From positions 1 through 13,751 of the forward strand of contig JAQVRT010000018.1 in assembly GCA_028700905.1 (NCBI GenBank): 13,751 nucleotides of DNA, read 5' to 3'. The DNA is from Candidatus Iainarchaeum sp. (GTDB lineage Archaea > Iainarchaeota > Iainarchaeia > Iainarchaeales > CSSED10-239). This document shows, piece by piece, positions 1-5,766 of this stretch (position 1 is its first letter; each line of letters begins with the position of its first letter). The position numbers and the translations under genes were made by a program. The notes beneath the pieces were generated by a model. That model searched no databases. It saw only the letters and a list, made by a program, of their open reading frames with translations, and was not told the origin of the DNA.

Positions 1-151
1 ATAAAACAAAGTTTAAATAACCATAATTTTCAACACCTAAATACCTAGGAATTAAAGTAATTGTTACAATGGACAACAAATAGACAAGAAACTTAGAAAT
101 AGATAAATAACCAATATTTCTAATAACTCCTCTTTTTTCTTCTATCTCCAT
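1..151 (-). CDS. N-terminal fragment (about 50 codons) of a Wzx/MOP-type polysaccharide flippase-like membrane protein. The gene continues past the left edge.
   Basis: Not in the ORF track because it is truncated. Hand translation of the minus strand from the ATG at 151..149 gives MEIEEKRGVIRNIGYLSISKFLVYLLSIVTITLIPRYLGVENYGYLNFVL, open down to position 2. A hydrophobic helix followed by R-x-LG-x-E-x-YG is the usual N-terminus of Polysacc_synt/Wzx-family proteins. A TATA-like TTTTTATAAA lies about 30 nt upstream on the minus strand. Confidence 0.5.
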   Translation of the reverse strand, partial: MEIEEKRGVIRNIGYLSISKFLVYLLSIVTITLIPRYLGVENYGYLNFVL

Positions 152-211
152 AATAAATATAAATATATATAAACAAATTTATAAAAACATAGTTTTTTTT
201 AGTTTTAAATT

Positions 212-1159
212 TTAAAATAATTTCTTATGCCATAAAAACAAACCAATACCCATAGAAACAATAAAAGATATTAAAAGTATGAATAAAAATGCACTTGGGC
301 TTTCTTGAAATGGCAAGATAACATTCATACCATATAAACTTGCAACTAAGGTAGGTATTGCAATAATAATTGACATAGAAGTTAAAAATTTAACAATTCT
401 GTTTAAATTATTAGAAATTAAGGAAGAAACTACATTTAAAGTATGCTTTAAATTATCAGAATAAATATTGTTTGTCTGTATTGCTTGTTTTGTTTCATCT
501 AAAAGATCAGCAATTAAATCTTCATTTTCAGTAGTTTGTAAAAAAATACTTGATCTTGAAACTTTTTCAAAAAGAATATAATTGTTTGTAAGAGAAGTAT
601 TAAAGTAAACTAAAGATTTTTGAACATCAAGTAAATGACTCATTTCTTTGTTTGTAGGATGTCTTTCTAAAACATCTTCAATTCTTTTTAGTTTTTTATT
701 AATAAGTTTTAAAAAATATAAATAGGATTTAGTAGAAGTTAACATTAATCTTAAAGTAAAATAAACTGTATTAAAATCATACTTTTTTTCTTTCATTCTT
801 AAAATAGTATTATTATTTTTCTTAAAAGAAATAGTTACAACAATTTCTTTTGTTAAAATAATACCTAAAGGCACAGTATCATATTCTTTATCTGCTCTAT
901 AATGTGTTTCTTCAGGAGTTTTAATAATTATAAAAATTAAACCATCATTCTTTAAATCAAATAAAGGAATTTCTTCTTCATCTGAAAGAGAAAGAATATC
1001 TTGTTTTAAATCTTCAAAATCTTTTTTTTTAATTTTTAAAATTTTAGATAATTTTTCAATATCTGCTTCTGTAGGGTTTGATAAATGAATCCAACTTTCA
1101 GATTGTACTTTTTTAAAAGTTTTAAGTCCAGTTAATGTTGGTTTGAAATATTCAATCAT
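212..1159 (-). CDS. corA: CorA-family Mg2+/Co2+ transporter
   Basis: 315 aa. The signature YGMN (GMN encoded at 323..331) lies between two C-terminal hydrophobic helices (IIIAIPTLVASLYGMNVILPF ... AFLFILLISFIVSMGIGLFLW), and the tail is basic (HKKLF). Size and a soluble N-terminal domain are typical of archaeal CorA. A GGGTGA Shine-Dalgarno motif sits 9 nt upstream of the ATG (plus-strand tcaccc, 1169..1174). Confidence 0.9.
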   Translation of the reverse strand: MIEYFKPTLTGLKTFKKVQSESWIHLSNPTEADIEKLSKILKIKKKDFEDLKQDILSLSDEEEIPLFDLKNDGLIFIIIKTPEETHYRADKEYDTVPLGIILTKEIVVTISFKKNNNTILRMKEKKYDFNTVYFTLRLMLTSTKSYLYFLKLINKKLKRIEDVLERHPTNKEMSHLLDVQKSLVYFNTSLTNNYILFEKVSRSSIFLQTTENEDLIADLLDETKQAIQTNNIYSDNLKHTLNVVSSLISNNLNRIVKFLTSMSIIIAIPTLVASLYGMNVILPFQESPSAFLFILLISFIVSMGIGLFLWHKKLF

Positions 1160-1252
1160 AATTTAATGTCACCCTAATATACAAATAAATAGCATTGTTT
1201 CTACTTTAAAAAAATAGTACATCAATTAATTTTTAAATAGCATGTATTTATT

Positions 1253-2056
1253 CTACTCTAAAAGCCAAGGATCATAAATATATAATTTTTTTGATTTAGG
1301 ATCAATAAAGACTGGTAAAGAATGAGCTTCTTTTGTATGAAAAGGAAAAACATCTTTAATAGTTGCATTTGAAGTTGTTTTTAGATCTTTATACTTTGGA
1401 ATAAATTTATTTACATTTTGTTCTACTTTAAAAAGAGCCTTTCTTATTTTAAAAACTTGTTTATCATTAATTAATTTTTTATTATAAGCAGTTTCTGCAT
1501 CAATTAACTTTTCTTGGAATTCATAAAAGATAAAAGATTTTTTATTTACTTTATCAACATATCCAAAATGAGCAGGAACCACATTAAAACCAGCTTTTGA
1601 AATAATATCTAAGGCTTTAATTTCAGCAGCTCCATGAAAATTATTAAATAAATCTACAGAATCAGCAGTATGTTTAACAAAATATTTAGAAGAAGAAGAA
1701 CCAGATTTAATCTCAAATAATAAATAATCTTGTGTATGAAAAGAATTAAGAGAAGGTTTATCTAAACTTTTTAAAGAAACAATTACTGGTTTATTTGAAA
1801 TAGAGTTTAAAATCATGGAAACTTCTTTTATTCTTTCACTATTATAAGATCTTACTTTTTTAAACATTAAAAGAAAAGAAGGAATTAATTTAGGAATGAT
1901 TGCAACTTTTGATTTTGCATGTTTAGAATAAATTAATTCTCTTTTATTCCCAATAACTTGTTTTAATGGATTTTTCTTACCAACAGTATTTTTTAAAGAA
2001 TTATAAACTTTTGAAGAAAATTTAAATTTATTTTTAATATTAAATAATCTAGGCAT
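1253..2056 (-). CDS. Hypothetical basic protein, same direction as and 25 nt downstream of the RPA gene. It may be a degenerate APH/choline-kinase-like (protein-kinase-fold) domain. Function unknown.
   Basis: 267-aa ORF with an ATG start and no competing ORF. It shows weak kinase-fold-like landmarks: YFVK (beta3 Lys-like), AAEIKALDIISKAGFNVVPAHFGYVD...FIFYEF (alphaC/hinge-like), and FHTKEAHSLPVFID...LYIYDPW where HxDxxxxN and the DFG-like iiDW would lie, with the catalytic Asp position occupied by Lys. The confidence value refers to it being coding. The fold assignment is about 0.25. Confidence 0.55.
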   Translation of the reverse strand: MPRLFNIKNKFKFSSKVYNSLKNTVGKKNPLKQVIGNKRELIYSKHAKSKVAIIPKLIPSFLLMFKKVRSYNSERIKEVSMILNSISNKPVIVSLKSLDKPSLNSFHTQDYLLFEIKSGSSSSKYFVKHTADSVDLFNNFHGAAEIKALDIISKAGFNVVPAHFGYVDKVNKKSFIFYEFQEKLIDAETAYNKKLINDKQVFKIRKALFKVEQNVNKFIPKYKDLKTTSNATIKDVFPFHTKEAHSLPVFIDPKSKKLYIYDPWLLE

Positions 2057-2081
2057 TTTTTTTCTTTTTTAAAAATTAATC

Positions 2082-3413
2082 TTAAATAACTTCAATTGAG
2101 TCTGCTAAAAACTCAATTTGTGAAGAAAAGCTATTTAATTTAGCTCTACCAGAAAGTTTAACTCTTTTTCCTAAAAGTTCATTTTCAAGTCTATCAAAGA
2201 TAGTTAATTTATCTTCATCTGATAATTCTTTTTTTAAATCTTCTTTGTTAAGCTTGTAAATTTTTTCAGCTAAATCAGAAAAGAAAACAACTTTTAAAAT
2301 ACCAGTTCCATCATCAATATCAATAGAACCAAATAAATTTGTATTAACATCAACTACTTTTGAACATTTTTCACAAATGAAATCTCCATTTATAATTTGT
2401 ACTTTTTCATTACATTCTTTACATTTAAAATATCTTAAGTTATTTCTATTTATAGAAACAATTAAACCTTCAAGAGAATAATTTCTTCCATCTTCTAAAG
2501 ATTCAATTTTTCCTTCTTCTAAAGATTTTGTAAGTGTTAAGATATCTGAAAGAGAAGGTATTTTTTTAGAAGTTTTTGGATTTTTTAAAACTGTTGAAAA
2601 CCAATTAAGACTAATTTCAAGATCATAAAGACCTTCTTTAACTCTTAAATCACTTAATTTTACTAAATCTCCTTTTGAAAGATTTTCTAAAATATAATCT
2701 GGCCATGGATCCCATGCTACAAATCTTAAAGACTTAATACCATCTGATACTTCAAAGTTTAAAACACTTCTATCTCTATCATCTTTTCCTTTAAAAGTAT
2801 TTTTATTATAGATAGCTGTTATTCTTCCAATAACATCAATTAATTGTTCAGTTGCAGAAATATCTGAAACATCAACTAAATTTTCTTCCTTTGGAGGAAT
2901 TAATGGAAAATCTTTAGGATCTAAAACAATTGAACCTCCTTGTCTTAGAGAAAGTTCTTTTTTATCATTATAAGTTGTAATATATGCATCTTTAATTAAA
3001 ATTTTTGAATTTTTATCTAAATTAAGAGAACTTATAAACTCTGAATGTTCATTCCAAAGATTTAATTTTATTTCTCCAGTGTCATCAAAAATAAAAAGAG
3101 AAGTTATTTTTCCTTTTGAACCATCTTTTTGAGTATAGTATCTTGGAGGAGAAATAAATTTTATTCTTGCATAAATAGAAGCTGCATCTTGAATATTATC
3201 TAAATCTTTTATTTTAACTATTGCAGAAGTTGATTGTTTAATATCTAAGTTTACACCTAGTTGTTTTGCAAGCATTATACTTGCACCAACTTCTGATAAA
3301 AGGCCTTGATATTTAGCTTTTATTTTTTCAAGTTCTTCTAAAAGAAAAGGTTCATCTTTACCTGTTTCTTCCATTACTCTATTAAATATTTGTTTAGCAT
3401 CGTTTAATTCCAT
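2082..3413 (-). CDS. rpa: Replication protein A (archaeal ssDNA-binding protein, RPA41-like): multiple OB folds plus a zinc ribbon
   Basis: 443 aa. The N-terminal helical module ...EELEKIKAKYQGLLSEVGASIMLAKQLGVNL matches the characteristic N-terminus of euryarchaeal RPA41 (compare LSEQGAAALLAERLGIDL in Pyrococcus RPA41). It is followed by repeated OB-fold-like segments (ARIKFISPPRYY..., GRITAIYNKNTF..., LEGLIVSINRNN...). A CxxC-x12-CxxC zinc ribbon (CKECNEKVQIINGDFICEKC) is embedded in the last OB fold. Confidence 0.8.
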   Translation of the reverse strand: MELNDAKQIFNRVMEETGKDEPFLLEELEKIKAKYQGLLSEVGASIMLAKQLGVNLDIKQSTSAIVKIKDLDNIQDAASIYARIKFISPPRYYTQKDGSKGKITSLFIFDDTGEIKLNLWNEHSEFISSLNLDKNSKILIKDAYITTYNDKKELSLRQGGSIVLDPKDFPLIPPKEENLVDVSDISATEQLIDVIGRITAIYNKNTFKGKDDRDRSVLNFEVSDGIKSLRFVAWDPWPDYILENLSKGDLVKLSDLRVKEGLYDLEISLNWFSTVLKNPKTSKKIPSLSDILTLTKSLEEGKIESLEDGRNYSLEGLIVSINRNNLRYFKCKECNEKVQIINGDFICEKCSKVVDVNTNLFGSIDIDDGTGILKVVFFSDLAEKIYKLNKEDLKKELSDEDKLTIFDRLENELLGKRVKLSGRAKLNSFSSQIEFLADSIEVI

Positions 3414-3491
3414 AAGTAGTTCACAAATATAATTATAGAATGAAAATATTAATAAAGGGTAAGTTTTATTGTTATGTAGTAGTTAAAGAAA

Positions 3492-3518
3492 AATAGGTTT
3501 TAATTAAAAAAACCTATT
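3492..3518 (-). terminator. Stem-loop with a 9-bp stem at the 3-prime end of the 72-aa ORF. The stop codon lies in the loop.
   Basis: aataggttt (3492..3500) pairs with aaacctatt (3510..3518), with a 9-nt loop containing the stop codon (3504..3506). On the minus strand it is followed by TTTCTTT. Confidence 0.35.
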
Positions 3519-3722
3519 CTCTTTAGTTGTAATTTCTAAAGATTCTATAGAAATATTCTCTTGATTAGAAATATTTTGAGAATAATTAATATTATCTTTA
3601 AAAATATACATGTTTATTTCTTCTTTTTTTTTAAAAGAAAAGTCTGTTTGCACAGCTAAAAGTAAAGATGCAATTATTACTAAAGCTACACCTATTACTA
3701 AATGTCTTGTTTTTATTTTCAT
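3504..3722 (-). CDS. Small N-terminally membrane-anchored protein (72 aa), function unknown
   Basis: The sequence MKIKTRHLVIGVALVIIASLLLAV is a basic N-terminus followed by one hydrophobic helix. A perfect AGGTGA Shine-Dalgarno motif (plus-strand tcacct, 3729..3734) sits 6 nt upstream of the ATG. The tail carries three N-x-S sequons (NYS, NIS, NIS). Confidence 0.55.
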   Translation of the reverse strand: MKIKTRHLVIGVALVIIASLLLAVQTDFSFKKKEEINMYIFKDNINYSQNISNQENISIESLEITTKENRFF

Positions 3723-3854
3723 TTTTAGTCACCTTTTTTTATAATTGTTTGATCGCTCTTAGTTTTATTTTAGAAAAATAAAAACTAGAAAAAGATTTCT
3801 GTTGAAATAAAATGTTAAACAAAATGTTTTTAAAGCAAAGCTTAAAGATAAACA

Positions 3855-3888
3855 TAAAAAAAAGAAAAAAATGGTTTAATTAACCATT
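3855..3888 (-). terminator. Hairpin plus T-tract at the 3-prime end of the small secreted repeat protein gene
   Basis: aatggtt (3870..3876) pairs with aaccatt (3882..3888), with loop taatt. The stop codon (3880..3882) sits at the loop/stem junction. The minus strand then reads TTTTTCTTTTTTTT, an oligo-T tract that fits archaeal termination signals. Confidence 0.45.
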
Positions 3889-4104
3889 ATAAGGATATTC
3901 TTTTTCAGTTGTTAAACCTTTATCTTTTGTACTTGTAAGATTAACAGCACCTTTATCTGTCCAATCAACATCATCTGAAGAAGACATGGTATAAGGATAT
4001 TCTTTTTCAGTTGTTAAACCTTTATCTTTTGTAGAACTAAAAGATAAAAGTAAAGCAAAAGCAAAAACCATTGCAAAAATTGCAACTAAATATATCTTTT
4101 TCAT
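3880..4104 (-). CDS. Small secreted protein with a duplicated 15-aa unit (STKDKGLTTEKEYPY twice)
   Basis: The track ORF begins at 4113, but that codon is TTG. The ATG at 4104 gives MKKIYLVAIFAMVFAFALLLSFSS, a classic Sec-type signal peptide. The mature part is STKDKGLTTEKEYPY-TMSSSDDVDWTDKGAVNLT-STKDKGLTTEKEYPY-NG. Confidence 0.55.
   Translation of the reverse strand: MKKIYLVAIFAMVFAFALLLSFSSTKDKGLTTEKEYPYTMSSSDDVDWTDKGAVNLTSTKDKGLTTEKEYPYNG
3888..4033. repeat. Exact 44-bp direct repeat, two copies 102 bp apart, inside the small secreted protein gene
   Basis: I compared 3888..3931 and 3990..4033 (tataaggatattctttttcagttgttaaacctttatcttttgta) base by base. They are identical, with mismatches immediately outside both ends. 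A degenerate third piece (acctttatct, 3949..3958) lies between the copies. Confidence 0.9.
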
Positions 4105-4257
4105 ATTTCTCAACTCATTTATTATTTTTTAATATAATAATTATATAAAAGATATATAAATAAATTGGTTAATTAAAAAAAATACATTTTTAAAAGTTAC
4201 ATACATATATATTGTTAAAAATAAATATTAATTTTAAAAAAAAGGAACAAAAACTTT

Positions 4258-5379
4258 ATGGAAATAATAAATAAAAACTTAGAAAGTTATTTTAGTCTTG
4301 CAAACGAATTAAAAGAAGAGTTTAATAATAAAAAATATGCCTTTATTAAATCAGTTTATATTCATGGATCTTTTGCAAGAGGAGAAATTACTCCTAAAGA
4401 AAGTGATATTAACTTAATGATTTTTACAAAGAAAAAAGAAATTTTAGAAAAAGAAATTGAAACAATATATAACATTAAACAAAAAATTGAAAGTAATTAT
4501 TCCATTAAAATAGAATTTAAAATAAATAATATTGAGAAAAATAGTCTTAAAAACATAACAACCGATATGTTCTATCCTTATCTTTATGATTTTATATTAA
4601 ATAGCTTCTATATCTATGGAGAAAGAATTGAAGACAAATTATTAAAAATTTTAAAAAATAAAACCTTTTTTGAATTTTCATTTGAAACTACAAGTGTTTT
4701 TTCAAAAATAAGAATTGATTTTTTAGAAAATTATTTTAAAGAAAATAAATATAGAATGTACCATAATCTTTACAAATATTCAAGACTTTTAAAACAATTA
4801 AAAGTAAATGAAGAAGATATAGAAAAATTAGTTTTAAAAATAACAGATTATAAAAATATAGATAAAGAAGAAATATTAAAATACATACTTAAATTTGAAG
4901 AACTTCTTGAAAAAGCAGATCTTAAAGAAATATATGAAAATAATAAAAAATTAAAATTATTTTTAGGATATGCAAAAGGAAGTTTAATCTATAATACTAA
5001 AACTAAAAAACTATTAATTCTTAGAGAAGATAGAAACATCTGTTCTTTTTGGTCAAAACCAGAAAAACAAGTTAAAAATAAAATTACTTTAAAAGATATC
5101 AAAAAAGATATTAAAAACAATTGTGGAATTGATAAAATAACAATTGTTAAAAACAAAATAGGGGAATGTCATAATTGGTATGAAAAAGAAGACAATAGCT
5201 TTAAGAAAATACATACAGAATACTATTATGCAACCACAGATTCTCCAGAAATGCCAATAAAAGATACTTGTTATGCATGGGTTAAATTAAATGAAATTCA
5301 AAAATATATTTCTTCTCCTTGTCTTGGATATATTGCAAAAGCATTCTATGAAGATTATATTAAAAAATTAGAAAAATAA
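4258..5379 (+). CDS. Pol-beta-superfamily (MNT-like) nucleotidyltransferase domain, a helical middle region, and a C-terminal Nudix-fold-like domain with a degenerate Nudix box
   Basis: 373 aa. Residues 35-53 (IHGSFARGEITPKESDINL) fit hG[GS]-x11-D-h-[DE]-h, except the second acidic residue is Asn52. Residues about 236-373 look like a Nudix fold (SLIYNTKTKKLLILRED...FWSKPEK...), with box spacing kept in W265..I291 but the Glu residues replaced. See findings. Confidence 0.6.
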   Translation: MEIINKNLESYFSLANELKEEFNNKKYAFIKSVYIHGSFARGEITPKESDINLMIFTKKKEILEKEIETIYNIKQKIESNYSIKIEFKINNIEKNSLKNITTDMFYPYLYDFILNSFYIYGERIEDKLLKILKNKTFFEFSFETTSVFSKIRIDFLENYFKENKYRMYHNLYKYSRLLKQLKVNEEDIEKLVLKITDYKNIDKEEILKYILKFEELLEKADLKEIYENNKKLKLFLGYAKGSLIYNTKTKKLLILREDRNICSFWSKPEKQVKNKITLKDIKKDIKNNCGIDKITIVKNKIGECHNWYEKEDNSFKKIHTEYYYATTDSPEMPIKDTCYAWVKLNEIQKYISSPCLGYIAKAFYEDYIKKLEK

Positions 5380-5395
5380 AAAGTTTACATAAAAA

Positions 5396-5428
5396 TGTAA
5401 GAAATCACTAATTTTTCTTACATTTTTT
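5396..5428 (+). terminator. Intrinsic-terminator-like hairpin plus T6 downstream of the NTase gene
   Basis: tgtaagaaa (5396..5404) pairs with tttcttaca (5414..5422), giving a 9-bp stem and a 9-nt loop, followed directly by TTTTTT (5423..5428). A second small hairpin (ttacat/atgtaa, 5385..5400) overlaps its 5-prime side. Confidence 0.55.
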
Positions 5429-5471
5429 AGAAAGAAAACAACCAGTCAAAAATAACAAAAGAGACTATTAT

Positions 5472-5651
5472 TTAGATTTTTTTTAAATGAGGGAATTTAT
5501 CTAAAAATTCTTTTTCAGAATACATTTTTAATTTGTTTTTTTTAATATCTGAAAGTTCTTTTTTAATTGCTTTTCCAACTTTATATAATTCTTCCTTATC
5601 TATAACAAAATTAAAAGAATATTTATTTTTTAAAAAACTTTCTTTATTCAT
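5472..5651 (-). CDS. Small 59-aa ORF missing from the supplied track. Hypothetical.
   Basis: Hand translation gives MNKESFLKNKYSFNFVIDKEELYKVGKAIKKELSDIKKNKLKMYSEKEFLDKFPHLKKI, with stop TAA at 5472..5474. A GAGGT Shine-Dalgarno motif (plus-strand acctc, 5660..5664) sits 8 nt upstream of the ATG (5651..5649). It is below the length cutoff of the track. Confidence 0.4.
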   Translation of the reverse strand: MNKESFLKNKYSFNFVIDKEELYKVGKAIKKELSDIKKNKLKMYSEKEFLDKFPHLKKI

Positions 5652-5733
5652 AACAATTAACCTCTATTTAAAATATAAAAAATAATAACATTTAAATAAA
5701 CTATTAACCTACTATAATAATATATTTTACACA

Positions 5734-5742
5734 TTATATAAA
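5734..5742 (+). promoter_or_regulatory. TATA-box-like element for the secretion ATPase gene (possibly a leaderless mRNA)
   Basis: TTATATAAA is centred about 29 nt upstream of the ATG at 5767. No Shine-Dalgarno-like motif lies between them. This is consistent with archaeal TATA spacing and a transcript starting at or just before the ATG. Confidence 0.35.
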
Positions 5743-5766
5743 TTTAAAACAAAAACTTGAAAACAT

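Noticed and set aside
1021-1031. A9/T9 homopolymer tracts inside coding regions (for example 1022..1030 in corA and 3624..3632 in the 72-aa ORF) as phase-variation switches
   Set aside because: They encode poly-Lys stretches and are what a genome this AT-rich and Lys-rich would produce. The frames are intact, and there is no evidence of length variation from a single sequence.
3811-3882. 23-codon plus-strand ORF (MLNKMFLKQSLKINIKKRKKWFN) in the 3723..3879 gap
   Set aside because: It is too short, has no RBS, and overlaps the terminator of the neighbouring gene. It is most likely noncoding.
3504-4104. The two small N-terminally hydrophobic ORFs as type IV pilins for the nearby ATPase
   Set aside because: Neither has a class III signal (a short basic leader ending in G/A followed directly by a hydrophobic helix with a prepilin peptidase site). 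They look like a Sec signal peptide and a simple membrane anchor, and they are on the opposite strand, 1.6 kb or more from the ATPase.
4105-4113. Upstream starts given by the ORF track for the 77-aa ORF (4113) and the 251-aa ORF (11377)
   Set aside because: Both first codons are TTG on inspection. In-frame ATGs three and two codons downstream (4104 and 11371) give a canonical signal peptide (MKKIYLV...) and MKKINIKK respectively, so I used the ATG starts.
4258-5379. HEPN domain or an MNT-HEPN toxin-antitoxin reading of the NTase gene
   Set aside because: I searched the translation for Rx4-6H and found only R-M-Y-H (spacing too short). No small HEPN-like ORF is adjacent on either side.
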